From assembly GCA_903884655.1 (NCBI GenBank), contig CAISFO010000017.1, positions 21,149-85,148 on the forward strand: DNA of 64,000 bases, given 5' to 3'. The position numbers and the translations under genes were made by a program. The stretch's first letter is position 1. Each line of letters opens with the position of its first letter. Source of the DNA: an uncultured Holophagaceae bacterium. Its GTDB lineage: Bacteria > Acidobacteriota > Holophagae > Holophagales > Holophagaceae. The notes below the pieces were generated by a model. That model did not search any database. It had not been told where the DNA came from and saw only the letters and a list, made by a program, of their open reading frames with translations. Positions 26,579-36,075 of the stretch are shown piece after piece.

Positions 26579-27028
26579 TCAGACTCCGAACTGCCTCAAG
26601 TGATGGTCAATGTGCTTGTACATGAGGCGGCCCCACTCGTCTCCCGTGAGCCGGCCGAAGAAGGCGTGCGTGCACCTCCCGGCGGATTCGGGGCCCCGCT
26701 GGACGAAGCGGTCGATCATGGTCGCCAGGCGTGAGCATTCCCGGTCGAAATCCCGCTGGTCGGAAACAACGAAGTCGGGGTGTGTGGGGCCGTTCCGGCT
26801 GAACGGCCTTCGTCCAAAGGCCAGTCCACGGATGAACGGGGAAATCAGCTTCCCCAGGAAGACCTGTTCCATGGGGCGATCCCCCGTGGCCGCCTCCAGA
26901 CCAAGGGCACAGTGCCGAAGCATCTGGGCTGGGTCCATCTTGCCCCAGCGCCGTGCCGAGCTGGATTCGAGGGCAGCCAGCCGCAGCGACAAGGCTTCCC
27001 GGTCCGCCGGGTTGAAGAGGGATGTCAT
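26579..27028 (-). CDS. DUF1569 / DinB-superfamily protein
   Basis: The 149-aa product has WGKMDPAQMLRHC...HAFFGRLTGDEWGRLMYKHIDHHLRQFG, matching the DUF1569 pattern as I recall it. Confidence 0.7.
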   Translation of the reverse strand: MTSLFNPADREALSLRLAALESSSARRWGKMDPAQMLRHCALGLEAATGDRPMEQVFLGKLISPFIRGLAFGRRPFSRNGPTHPDFVVSDQRDFDRECSRLATMIDRFVQRGPESAGRCTHAFFGRLTGDEWGRLMYKHIDHHLRQFGV

Positions 27029-27078
27029 CGTGTGCCTCCGGGCACTGCCACTCTATCTCAAGCCGCCTATGCCATTCC

Positions 27079-27330
27079 TCACAGGTTGGTCAACATTGGC
27101 TCGAACCCGTCGTCCCGCAAGAAATCACGGGCATCTTCAGGATCCCCGAACCGGGCGATGACGGTATCCCCCTCGTTGACGTCCCCATCCAGTGCATCCA
27201 GGTTGTTCCGCTCACGGATGACGCAGGCCCCGCCGATTTCATCCAGCCCGAACTGCACCAGCTCGCGGAGGCAGCCATGCTCGTCCCGCCAGAGTTCCAC
27301 GTGCAAGTCGGTTCCCATTCTTTTCACCAC
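27079..27330 (-). CDS. Small acidic hypothetical protein
   Basis: This is a 79-83-aa ORF with strongly GC-rich third codon positions, which argues for real coding. Start is the GTG at 27330 or the ATG at 27318. I recognise no family. Confidence 0.5.
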   Translation of the reverse strand: MVKRMGTDLHVELWRDEHGCLRELVQFGLDEIGGACVIRERNNLDALDGDVNEGDTVIARFGDPEDARDFLRDDGFEPMLTNL

Positions 27331-27355
27331 CAGCTATTCCGCGCAACGGTAGTGC

Positions 27356-28078
27356 TCAGGTCTTCTCGAAGAAGAGCACCACCATGCCGAAGCCCACCCG
27401 ATCACCATGCTTCAGTTCCCGGGGTTCACCCGGCTGGATGCGCTCGCCGCGCACAAACGTGCCATTGGCCACGCCCGGCTCTTCGAGCAGGAAGTAGCGG
27501 CCGTGCTCACAGAGGATGCGCGCATGGCGGCGGGAGACGCTCAGGTTGTGGTCCTCCTCCGTCAGGTCAATGTCCGGATGGACGCCAGTGGTGGGATCGA
27601 AGCGGCCGATGAGGGAGCCATGGGACAAGATGGGATGGGGCTTGCCACTGAGTACGGAAACGAGGTTGGCCACCGGCGCGGCAGGGCCCTTGACGGGCCG
27701 GTTGCTCTCGATGGCCTCGATGCGCTCGCCCAGTTCCCGGTGCCGCTGCGCCAGGCGCTGCATCATCTTCACCGAGACTTCGGGATTCTGCCGGATCATG
27801 CGGAGGAAGGTGCCCCGGTTGATGGCGATGAGATCCGAATCCTCGAGCACGATGGCGGTGTGCTGCCGAGGCAGGGCCTCCAGCAGGCTCCCTTCTCCAA
27901 AAAAATCTCCCTTGGCGAGTTCCTCAGCCCATTCGCCATGCGGTTCCTCGGTGACGTACAGGCGCACCCTGCCGGACAGGATAATGTACATCTGCTGGGC
28001 CATCTCTCCCTTGCGGAAGAGAATCTCCCCTTCGCGAAAGCGCAGCTTGCTCTGTTCAATGAAGCTGGGTTCGGCCAT
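27356..28078 (-). CDS. Cyclic nucleotide-binding domain / FHA domain protein
   Basis: The N-terminal cNMP-binding fold has LFRKGEMAQQMYIILSGRVRL...GDFFGEGSLL. The C-terminal FHA domain has SLIGRFD...DHNLSVSRRHARILCEHGRYFLLEEPGVANGTFVRGERI. Confidence 0.85.
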   Translation of the reverse strand: MAEPSFIEQSKLRFREGEILFRKGEMAQQMYIILSGRVRLYVTEEPHGEWAEELAKGDFFGEGSLLEALPRQHTAIVLEDSDLIAINRGTFLRMIRQNPEVSVKMMQRLAQRHRELGERIEAIESNRPVKGPAAPVANLVSVLSGKPHPILSHGSLIGRFDPTTGVHPDIDLTEEDHNLSVSRRHARILCEHGRYFLLEEPGVANGTFVRGERIQPGEPRELKHGDRVGFGMVVLFFEKT

Positions 28079-28131
28079 GAAGGTCCCGGGGAGAACCCTA
28101 GGTTAACCCAGGGCGGAGGACAGTAGGAATA

Positions 28132-28653
28132 TCAGCGACCCAGGGGCTGGGAGAAGCACCTGGCCAAGAGAGCCTCCAGAATCAGGGTTTCGGCCAACGA
28201 GAACCCATCCGGATGCGGGCAATCCAGGTCCAGCACCGCCACCAGCCGTCCTCCCACCCGGACCGGGATGACCAACTCGCTGCGGGTGGCATCGTCGCAG
28301 GCGATGTGGCCAGGGAAGCTGCGGACGTCCGGTACGAGCTGCGTGGTGCCCGTCCGCGCGCAGGCCCCGCAGACGCCCTTTTCGAAGGGAATGCGCAGAC
28401 ACCCCATGCCGCCCTGGTAGGGCCCGACCGCCAGCATCCGCTCGCCCACCCGGCGGTAGAAACCGCACCAGTTGGCCTGGGGCAGCGTGTCCCATAGCAG
28501 GCAAGCCAATGTGGCCTGGAGGGCCACTTCATCGGTTTCGCCTGCCACGGCGGCTTCGATCTGTGGCAGGGCCTCCCGCAGCCGCGCCACCCGCTCCGGC
28601 TCGGACAACAGGGTGCCCCGGGCCACCTTCGCCAGCAGGATGCCCTCGCTCAT
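28132..28653 (-). CDS. GAF domain protein (free methionine-R-sulfoxide reductase-like)
   Basis: WCGFYRR...LAVGPYQGGMGCLRIPFEKGVCGACARTG...HIACDDATRSELVIPV matches the YebR/fRMsr-type GAF domain. Confidence 0.8.
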   Translation of the reverse strand: MSEGILLAKVARGTLLSEPERVARLREALPQIEAAVAGETDEVALQATLACLLWDTLPQANWCGFYRRVGERMLAVGPYQGGMGCLRIPFEKGVCGACARTGTTQLVPDVRSFPGHIACDDATRSELVIPVRVGGRLVAVLDLDCPHPDGFSLAETLILEALLARCFSQPLGR

Positions 28654-28678
28654 GTCGAACCTCCGCTAACCTGTACTC

Positions 28679-29722
28679 ATGTCCATTCTGCGCTATTTGG
28701 CGGCTCCACTGGCTCCCCTCTACGGGGCCGTGGTACGCGCTCGCAACAGGGGGTTCGACGCCCACCCAGAGCGGGCCGCACACCTGCCCGTGCCGGTGGT
28801 GTCAGTGGGCAACCTCAGCACGGGCGGCACCGGAAAGACCCCCCTGACTCTATTCCTCGCGGAAGGGCTGGAGAAGGCGGGCTGGCTCAATGCTGTGTTG
28901 TCCCGGGGCTACGGTGGACGCAGGGATGTGGATCCCATGAGCGTCGAGGCAACCTCGAATCCGCGGCAGACTGGTGACGAGCCTCTCCTCCTTGCGCAGC
29001 GCCTGGGTCCGCATCGGGTGGTGGTGGGGCGGAAGCGCCACGCCGCCTCACTGCGGGCCCTTGCCCAGCGACCTGAGCTGCGTTGCCTGCTATTGGATGA
29101 TGGCTTCCAGCACCGCGCCCTGCACCGCGACATCGACCTTCTGGTGCTGGACGGCGTCCGCCGCTGGGGCAATGGCCGGATGCTGCCCTTGGGGGACCTG
29201 CGCGAACCCATGGACAGTGCCGCCCGCGCCCATGCCCTGGTGGTGACCCGTGCGAGCCGGGTGCCGAACCGCTCAGAGGTCGAGGCCTGGTGGATCCAGC
29301 ATGGCTCCGGCGGCCCCATCTTCTGGGTGGATTTCAAGCTGGGCGGCCTGCGTCGCTGGACTCTGGCTGACTCCGCTCCGCAGTCCCAGCCTGGGCCAGG
29401 CCCCGCCTTTGCCTGGTGCGGGCTGGGGCACCCCGAGGCCTTCTACGCCGATCTGCTGCTGGCGGGGCACACCTGGGTCGGCACCCACAGCTTTCCTGAC
29501 CATCTCGGTCCCTCTCCTGCAGACCTAAGGCGCTTGCAGGTTCAAGCCCGGTCTGAGGGCGCCACCTGGCTCGTCTGCACCGAAAAGGACGCGGTGAAAC
29601 TGAACCACACGCATGCCTCTGTGCTGGAACTGCCGCTCTATGCAGCGGAGCAGCGCGTATCCGCCGGAGAGCCTCTCCTTACCTGGGTTTTGGACCAACT
29701 GGCTTCCACCCAAAAAGGGTAA
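28679..29722 (+). CDS. lpxK: Tetraacyldisaccharide 4'-kinase
   Basis: It has the P-loop VVSVGNLSTGGTGKTPLTLFLAE plus SRGYGG and LLDDGFQH. Confidence 0.9.
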   Translation: MSILRYLAAPLAPLYGAVVRARNRGFDAHPERAAHLPVPVVSVGNLSTGGTGKTPLTLFLAEGLEKAGWLNAVLSRGYGGRRDVDPMSVEATSNPRQTGDEPLLLAQRLGPHRVVVGRKRHAASLRALAQRPELRCLLLDDGFQHRALHRDIDLLVLDGVRRWGNGRMLPLGDLREPMDSAARAHALVVTRASRVPNRSEVEAWWIQHGSGGPIFWVDFKLGGLRRWTLADSAPQSQPGPGPAFAWCGLGHPEAFYADLLLAGHTWVGTHSFPDHLGPSPADLRRLQVQARSEGATWLVCTEKDAVKLNHTHASVLELPLYAAEQRVSAGEPLLTWVLDQLASTQKG

Positions 29723-29811
29723 GGAATCTGCCCACCTTCCACCAGAAGCCTCAAACCGCTATGCTTGCGGCCACCGATCCACTCCAACCGATCTCTTTCA
29801 AGGAGAACCCG

Positions 29812-31071
29812 ATGTTCCGACCAAGCGTGTATGGATCTCTACTGTTCGCGGCCCTGGGCCTGCATGCCGGGGACACCGTCAAGATCGCCCTCACGGGACC
29901 CTTTTCGGGCGGTTCCGCGCCCATGGGCACCTCGGCCCGGGACGGCTCCAAGCTGGCCATCGCCGAGATCAATGCCGCGGGCGGCATCCAGGTGGGTGGC
30001 AAGAAAATGAAGATCGAGATCATCGAGAGGGACGACGAAGCCAAGAACGAGCGGGGGGCCCTCATCGCCCAAGAACTGGCAGCCATGGGCGACCTGACGG
30101 GGGTCATCGGCACCGTGAACACCGGCGTCTGCATGGCGGGCGACAAGCACCTCCAGGAGAAGGGCATCACCAAGATCATCTGCCCCGCCGCCGGTTCCAA
30201 GTCCATGACGCAGTGGAGCGAGGCCGGTGTGAAGGACTGCTCGATCTTCCGCTTCGCGGCCTATGACGGCATCCAGGCGGCCATGGTGGTGGAGGAGGCC
30301 ACCAATCGCAAGTTCACCAAGGTGGCCGTGATCTACGACTCCACCAACTACGGCATCTCCGGCCGGAATGACATGCTGGACCAGATCAAGAAGCAGGGCA
30401 ACAAGCTCACGGTGGTGGCCGAGGAGAAGTTCAACATCGGCGACAAGGACATGACCGCCCAGCTGCTGCGGGCCAAGTCTGCGGGCGCCCAGGCCATTCT
30501 CATCTGGGCCATCGGGCCCGAGCTGGCGGCCATCTCCAACGGCGAGGCCAAGATCGGCATGAAGGCCCCCCTCATCGGCGGCTGGACGCTCTCCATGTCC
30601 AACTACATCGACAACGCCGGCAAGAACGGCAACGGCACCCTCATGCCCCAGACCTTCATCGAGGATCCCATCACTCCCAAGGCCAAGGCCTTCATCAACG
30701 GCTACCACCTGACTTTCAAGGTGGGCCGAATCCCCTCTGCCGTGGCCGCCGCCCAGGGGTATGACGCCGTCTACCTTTTAGCCGCCGCCGTCAAGCAGGC
30801 CGGCAGCACGGACACCCGCAAGGTCAAGCTGGCCCTGGAGGACTTGAAGGAGCCCGTGCAGGGCGTCATCGCCACCTGGAACCACCCCTACACCAAGTGG
30901 GATCCCGCGGACGTGACCACCCACGAGGCCTTCCGGCGCGAACAGGTGGTCATGGGCATGGTGAAGGACGGCCGCGTGGTATTCGGCAACGAGGCCGACC
31001 GGGCCCGCCTCATCAAGTCCGCCACCAGTGCCACGCCCGCCAAGGTCAAGGCCAAGACCAAGGCCAAGTAG
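29812..31071 (+). CDS. ABC transporter substrate-binding protein (Leu/Ile/Val-binding family)
   Basis: The ATG at 29812 is preceded by AAGGAG. A signal peptide (MFRPSVYGSLLFAALGLHA) is followed by a type-I periplasmic binding fold (IKIALTGPFSGGSAPMG...EINAAGGI). Confidence 0.88.
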   Translation: MFRPSVYGSLLFAALGLHAGDTVKIALTGPFSGGSAPMGTSARDGSKLAIAEINAAGGIQVGGKKMKIEIIERDDEAKNERGALIAQELAAMGDLTGVIGTVNTGVCMAGDKHLQEKGITKIICPAAGSKSMTQWSEAGVKDCSIFRFAAYDGIQAAMVVEEATNRKFTKVAVIYDSTNYGISGRNDMLDQIKKQGNKLTVVAEEKFNIGDKDMTAQLLRAKSAGAQAILIWAIGPELAAISNGEAKIGMKAPLIGGWTLSMSNYIDNAGKNGNGTLMPQTFIEDPITPKAKAFINGYHLTFKVGRIPSAVAAAQGYDAVYLLAAAVKQAGSTDTRKVKLALEDLKEPVQGVIATWNHPYTKWDPADVTTHEAFRREQVVMGMVKDGRVVFGNEADRARLIKSATSATPAKVKAKTKAK

Positions 31072-31141
31072 GCGCCGCACCTGCGATTCCGGGGGGCTTC
31101 GGCCCCCCGGTTCATCCCTTACTTTCCGAAATGGGCCGGCC

Positions 31142-32020
31142 ATGAATCCTTCGATCATCGGACAGATGGCGGTGAGCGGCGCCTTGATGGGGCTGGTCTA
31201 TGCCCTCATCGCCTACGGCTTCCAGCTCACCTACGCCACCAGCAAGAGCATCAACTTCGGCCAGGGCGAGCTGGTGATGATCTCGGCCTTCTTCAGCCTG
31301 ACCCTCACGAATCTGGGACTGCCCTACTGGGCGATGGTGCCAGGGGGCCTGCTTTTCGGGGCCGTGATGGGCCTGGTAGTCGAGCGCGCGGGCGTGCGGC
31401 TGGCCCTGGAGCAGAAGAGCGAGGGCTGGATCCTGCTCACGATCATCATTGGCCTCTTCTTCTTCTCCACCGCCGAGAACATCTGGGGCCGCGACGACCG
31501 CCCGTTTCCCACCCCCATCTCCGCCGATCCCATCCACATTTTCGGCGTCGACGTGACCCGGCTGGAACTCGCCGTGGCGGTGGGCGTGCTTGGCATCATG
31601 GGCCTCATCGAGCTGTTCAAGCGCCGCACCCTGCTGGGCAAGGCTTTCGAGGCCGTGTCTGCGGACCGCGACGCGGCCGAGCTCATGGGCATCTCCGCCA
31701 CCCGCACGGTGATGCTGTCCTATGGGCTGTCCGGCGCCGTGGCCGCCCTGGCCGGCATCCTGGTCTCACCCATCACAACCGTCGGTCCCACCATGGCCTC
31801 GGCCATCATCCTCAAGGCCTTCTCCGTGGCCGTGGTGGCGGGCCTGGACTCGGGCTTCGGCGTGGTGCTCATCGGCATGTTCCTGGGCGCCCTGGAAAGC
31901 CTGTCCAGCTTCTACCTGGGCAGCGGCTGGCGTGAAGCCCCGGGCCTCATCCTGCTGATCCTCGCCCTGGCCGTTCGGCCCACGGGCGTGTTCGGCAAAG
32001 CCGTCATCAGGAAGGTGTGA
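31142..32020 (+). CDS. Branched-chain amino acid ABC transporter permease (LivH-like)
   Basis: Start is the ATG at 31142. GLVYALIAYGFQLTYATSKSINFGQGELVM is the typical LivH N-terminus. The product is multi-TM. Confidence 0.88.
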   Translation: MNPSIIGQMAVSGALMGLVYALIAYGFQLTYATSKSINFGQGELVMISAFFSLTLTNLGLPYWAMVPGGLLFGAVMGLVVERAGVRLALEQKSEGWILLTIIIGLFFFSTAENIWGRDDRPFPTPISADPIHIFGVDVTRLELAVAVGVLGIMGLIELFKRRTLLGKAFEAVSADRDAAELMGISATRTVMLSYGLSGAVAALAGILVSPITTVGPTMASAIILKAFSVAVVAGLDSGFGVVLIGMFLGALESLSSFYLGSGWREAPGLILLILALAVRPTGVFGKAVIRKV

Positions 32021-32021
32021 G

Positions 32022-33977
32022 ATGAAGCGCATCCTCCTCCTCCGCGGGGCCGAGCTCATTGTCTTCGCCTTCCTCGCCACCATCCCCCTGCTGGTGGTGA
32101 ATCCCTACGCCTTGGGCCTGCTCACCCTGCTGGCCATCTACGGCATCCTGCTCATCGGCCTCGACGTGACCGTGGGCTACCTGGGCCAGGTGAACCTCGC
32201 CCACGTGGCCTTCCTCGGCCTGGGCGCCTACACCGCCGGCCTGGCCGTCACCCGGTTTGGCCTGGGCATGGCCCCGGCGCTGCTGGCGGCCATGCTTGTG
32301 GGCCTGCTGCTGGGCGGCCTGTTGGCCCTGCCGGCTCTGCGGTTGGAAGGCCCCCAGTTCGCCCTCGCCACCCTCAGCTTCGCCGCCCTCAGCACCACGG
32401 CCCTCAACGAGCTGGAGGGCCTCACGGGCGGTGCCCAGGGCCTCAGCCTCAGCCGGCCGCCGGTCTGGGGCCACGTACTGACCCCGCCCCTCTTCTACTG
32501 GCTCTGCATGGCCCTGCTGGCGGTGGTGTGGATGCTCATGCGCAACCTGCTGGCCTCGCAGTGGGGCCGGGCCTTCGAGGCCCTGCGCGACAGCCCCATC
32601 GCCACGGACGCCATGGGCGTGGGCACCTACCAGCACAAGGTCGCCGCCTTCGCCCTGGGCTCGAGCCTGGGTGGCCTGGCCGGTGGGCTCTATGCCTTCA
32701 ACTTCCAGTACCTCCAGCCCCAGAGCTACACCTACGACCTGATGATCATCCCGCTCCTCGGCGTGGTGCTGGGGGGGCGCAAGAGCCTGTGGGGCGCCTT
32801 CGTGGGAGCCTCGGTCATCGTCCTCCTGCCCAACCTGCTGTCGAACCGCCACCTCTTCCAGATCTTCTCGGGCCTGGGCTTCGCCATGGCTCTGGCGGCC
32901 GGACTGCGCGGCCTCGTGAAGAAGACCACCCGTCCCTTCCAGGCTCTGGCGCCCGTGGTGGCCATGGGCATGCTGGTGGTGGGCGGCTTCTTCGTGGAGA
33001 ACACCGAGGATTGGCGCAAGGCCATCTTCGCCCTCATGCTCTTTTCCGTGGTGGTGGGCCTGCCCGAAGGCCTCATGGGCTTCCTGTCCATCTTCCTGGC
33101 CAAGCTCTTCCGGGTGCCCCAGGCGCCCCTGCCCGAACCCTCCGATATTGAAACCATCCTGCCCCCGAGGGCCGCCGATGGCGCGCCCCTCCTCGTGCTG
33201 GAGGATCTCAAGCGGTACTTTGGCGGTGTGAAGGCCGTGGACGGCCTGTCCATGACCATCCATTCCGGCTCCATCCACGGCCTCATCGGACCCAATGGCT
33301 CGGGCAAGAGCACCGTGGTGAACGTCATTTCGGGCCTCTACACCCCCAGCTCGGGCCGCATCCTGCTGCGGGGCGCGGTGCTGCCCTCCGGCAGCCTGTA
33401 CCAGGTGTCGAAGTCCGGCGTGGCGCGGACCTTCCAGAACCTCCAGCTCTTCGGCGAGCTCACGGCCCTGGAGAACGTCATGGTGGCGCTAAAGGGCGTC
33501 TACCGCAGCCCCCTGCCCCTGGTGCTGCTGGGCCTGGCACGGCTGGAAGAACGGCGAGCCCAGGCGGACGCCCTCTGCCTGCTGGATAGGATCGGCCTCA
33601 AGGACCAGGCCCTCACCAAGGCCAAGGACCTCACCTACGGGGCCCAGCGCTTCCTGGAAGTGGCTCGTGCATTGGCCCGCAAGCCTGACCTGCTGATCCT
33701 GGACGAGCCCGCCGCTGGCCTGGCCCACCCGGACGTGGTCCAGTTGATCGAGATCATCCGGCGGGTCCACAAACGCGGCATCAGCATCCTCCTCATCGAG
33801 CACCACATGGATGTCGTAAGCGAGCTCTGCGACACCGTGACCGTGCTGGATGGCGGCAAGGTCATCGCCGAAGGCCCCCCCGAGGAGGTGAAGCGCCATC
33901 CAAAGGTGATCGAGGCCTACCTGGGCCAGCCCGTACAAACTGAAGTCCCTGGCGGCCCTGAGCCGCTTCCCGCCTGA
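32022..33977 (+). CDS. Fused branched-chain amino acid ABC permease (LivM-like) and ATP-binding protein (LivG-like)
   Basis: The N-terminal roughly 390 aa are a multi-TM LivM-like permease (GLDVTVGYLGQVNLAHVAFLGLGAY). The C-terminal ATPase has GLIGPNGSGKST, YGAQRFLEVARAL and LLILDEPAAG. Confidence 0.88.
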   Translation: MKRILLLRGAELIVFAFLATIPLLVVNPYALGLLTLLAIYGILLIGLDVTVGYLGQVNLAHVAFLGLGAYTAGLAVTRFGLGMAPALLAAMLVGLLLGGLLALPALRLEGPQFALATLSFAALSTTALNELEGLTGGAQGLSLSRPPVWGHVLTPPLFYWLCMALLAVVWMLMRNLLASQWGRAFEALRDSPIATDAMGVGTYQHKVAAFALGSSLGGLAGGLYAFNFQYLQPQSYTYDLMIIPLLGVVLGGRKSLWGAFVGASVIVLLPNLLSNRHLFQIFSGLGFAMALAAGLRGLVKKTTRPFQALAPVVAMGMLVVGGFFVENTEDWRKAIFALMLFSVVVGLPEGLMGFLSIFLAKLFRVPQAPLPEPSDIETILPPRAADGAPLLVLEDLKRYFGGVKAVDGLSMTIHSGSIHGLIGPNGSGKSTVVNVISGLYTPSSGRILLRGAVLPSGSLYQVSKSGVARTFQNLQLFGELTALENVMVALKGVYRSPLPLVLLGLARLEERRAQADALCLLDRIGLKDQALTKAKDLTYGAQRFLEVARALARKPDLLILDEPAAGLAHPDVVQLIEIIRRVHKRGISILLIEHHMDVVSELCDTVTVLDGGKVIAEGPPEEVKRHPKVIEAYLGQPVQTEVPGGPEPLPA

Positions 33978-33988
33978 AGGAGAGACTC

Positions 33989-34705
33989 ATGCTGCAGGTG
34001 GAGGATCTCTATGCGGGCTACGGCGCCAGCGAGGTGCTGACGGGCACCACCCTGTCCGTGAAGAAGGGCACCCTGGTGGCTCTCATCGGTGCCAATGGAG
34101 CCGGGAAGACCACCACCATGCGCGCCATATCCGGGGGCCTCAAGCCCAGCAAGGGCAAAGTGGTACTTGACGGGAAAGAGGTCCAGGGTCTCGACGCGTC
34201 GCGCATCGCCCGCCTGGGCCTGGCGCACTCCCCGGAAGGACGCAAGGTCTTCGGGCCCCTGTCCGTGGAAGACAACCTGTTGCTAGGGGCCTACTCCCGG
34301 CTGCCCCGGTTCTTCGGCTTTCATGCCAAGGCGCAGGCCGACCTGGACCGGGTCTATGACCTCTTCCCCAAGCTCAAGGAACGCCACAAGCAGGCCGCCG
34401 GTACGCTGTCCGGAGGCGAGCAGCAGATGCTGGCCATTGGCCGCGCCCTCATGGCCCGGCCCAAGGTCATGCTGCTGGACGAGCCTTCCATGGGCCTGGC
34501 CCCGGTCATCGTGCAGGAAGTCTTCCGCACCATCCGGCGCCTGAAGGAGGAAGGCATCACCCTCCTGCTGGTGGAGCAGTTCGCCAAGAGTGCCCTGGAG
34601 GTGGCCGACTACGCCTACGTCATGGAGCGGGGGCGCATCGCCGTCGAAGGCACCCCCGCCGAACTGAGCCGTAACGAGCGCGTCATCGCCGCCTATCTGG
34701 GCTGA
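33989..34705 (+). CDS. Branched-chain amino acid ABC transporter ATP-binding protein (LivF-like)
   Basis: It has Walker A GANGAGKTTT, the signature LSGGEQQMLAIGRAL and Walker B VMLLDEPSMGL. Confidence 0.9.
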   Translation: MLQVEDLYAGYGASEVLTGTTLSVKKGTLVALIGANGAGKTTTMRAISGGLKPSKGKVVLDGKEVQGLDASRIARLGLAHSPEGRKVFGPLSVEDNLLLGAYSRLPRFFGFHAKAQADLDRVYDLFPKLKERHKQAAGTLSGGEQQMLAIGRALMARPKVMLLDEPSMGLAPVIVQEVFRTIRRLKEEGITLLLVEQFAKSALEVADYAYVMERGRIAVEGTPAELSRNERVIAAYLG

Positions 34706-34753
34706 CCCTGACACTTGGCTCGCGGTCGCCTCTGGGTTAGCATGGACCCTGCC

Positions 34754-34828
34754 GCGGGCGTAGTTCAGTGGTAGAACGTCAGCTTCCCAAGCTGAATGTC
34801 GCCAGTTCAATCCTGGTCGCCCGCTCCA
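34754..34828 (+). tRNA. tRNA-Gly (anticodon CCC)
   Basis: The acceptor stem GCGGGCG/CGCCCGC is followed by T-CCA. The anticodon stem CAGC/GCTG flanks the loop TTCCCAA. The sequence closely resembles E. coli tRNA-Gly(CCC). Confidence 0.95.
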
Positions 34829-34844
34829 ATAGAACAAGCACCTG

Positions 34845-34873
34845 CAGGGCCTTTCGCACCACGGAAGGCCCTG
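34845..34873. terminator. Stem-loop between tRNA-Gly and convergent hemerythrin gene (possible terminator)
   Basis: CAGGGCCTT, an 11-nt loop, then AAGGCCCTG: a perfect 9-bp stem. The flanking U-tract is weak, so termination is only inferred. Confidence 0.4.
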
Positions 34874-34965
34874 TGTGCTTGCAGGGGACCATCGACCGCC
34901 GGCAGGTCCTTAGCCCCTTCCTCACTGCTGCAATAGGCTCCCTTCACAGCCGATGACCCTGGTGC

Positions 34966-35397
34966 TCACCCATCCCCCAGAGGCCTCTCCTTGACGAACT
35001 GGACGTAGCCCATGTCCGCCTCGTTGATGTGATGGGCCAGCCAGTCCGCGGCGAAATTGGCCATGTGGGCGGCGAAATCGGCCCCATGAATGGGAACCAG
35101 AAAACCCTCATCCAGCTTTGCTTTCATGTCCAGGATCCTGGCCATGAGGTCGGCGTGCTCCTTCTGGTGGAACTCGAGCATGGGGTAGCCGATGTTCCGC
35201 ATCAGGGCCTCCTCTGTCTCGAAGTGCTCCAGGGTGTACCTCGCGAGAAACGCCAGGCTTTCCTGCGCCTCGGCCTCTTCCGTGCCCGCCAGGTAGGCCT
35301 CCTCCATGCGATTGATGGCCTGGAAGAGCCGCCGGTGCTGGGCGTCGATGGTGTCAATCCCGGTCGCGTACTTCTCACTCCATACCGCCAGGGTCAT
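34966..35397 (-). CDS. Bacteriohemerythrin
   Basis: W-x-x-x-Y-x-TGIDTIDAQHRRLF, EHFETEE, FHQKEHADL and WLAHHINEAD are hemerythrin His/Glu/Asp iron ligand motifs. Confidence 0.85.
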   Translation of the reverse strand: MTLAVWSEKYATGIDTIDAQHRRLFQAINRMEEAYLAGTEEAEAQESLAFLARYTLEHFETEEALMRNIGYPMLEFHQKEHADLMARILDMKAKLDEGFLVPIHGADFAAHMANFAADWLAHHINEADMGYVQFVKERPLGDG

Positions 35398-35529
35398 GGG
35401 TACCTCCCTCCGATCGGCCTTTGCATGTGCACCATCTTAGGTGCGTGACCTTGGCTCGGCCATCCATCTTCGGAAGCGGGCAGATGCTGCAGTTCGCGGA
35501 GCGGGGTAACCTTCTCTTCGGAGGAATGC

Positions 35530-36042
35530 ATGACCTTCAAGCCCATGACCTATCTCGTCAGCTTCACGATGTTCGTCCTCCTGTTCATGGGCCTGGGCGG
35601 CTATGTGGGGTACGGCAAGCTGGCGGACCACTTCCTGATCCAAGCCTACCTTGAGGCCATTCCCATCCACGCCCAGGTTCAGACGGACCCGCAGGGTCCG
35701 ATGCTGCGCTGGGACGAGAAGCTGCCCCTGCAGCGGGGCTTGGTCGCCAGGATCAGTGCGGTCAACCGGCCGCAACCCGTCACCGTCCAGTACTCCGACG
35801 AGGCCGGGTCATCGATGCCGCAGCCCTCTCCACCAGTGGGCATCCCCCTGGCTGTCAACGAACGGACGGAGGATGTCCGAGTGGATCGGGCAGGCCGTTG
35901 CCTCTATGTCCGAGTGTTCGCCCCTCCCGAGCTCAAGCTGAAAGAAACCACCTGGCTGTACCGGTTTGATCTCCAGGGACGCAAGGTGTCCCGCCGAACC
36001 TCCGTCAATCCGATCCTTCTTCCGGCCCCCTTCCGGCCCTGA
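35530..36042 (+). CDS. Hypothetical membrane-anchored protein
   Basis: Third codon positions are GC-rich. It has an N-terminal TM helix (YLVSFTMFVLLFMGLGGYVGY) and a roughly 130-aa soluble domain. I recognise no family. Confidence 0.55.
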   Translation: MTFKPMTYLVSFTMFVLLFMGLGGYVGYGKLADHFLIQAYLEAIPIHAQVQTDPQGPMLRWDEKLPLQRGLVARISAVNRPQPVTVQYSDEAGSSMPQPSPPVGIPLAVNERTEDVRVDRAGRCLYVRVFAPPELKLKETTWLYRFDLQGRKVSRRTSVNPILLPAPFRP

Positions 36043-36075
36043 CCGGAAGCAGCGAGGGTCCCCTGTGGTCCAGCC

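Noticed and set aside
29839-33328. Minus-strand ORFs 29839..30708 (289 aa), 32007..33278 (423 aa) and 32732..33328 (198 aa).
   Set aside because: They are antisense to the ABC transporter genes. Their translations are His/Gly/Glu/Ala low-complexity.
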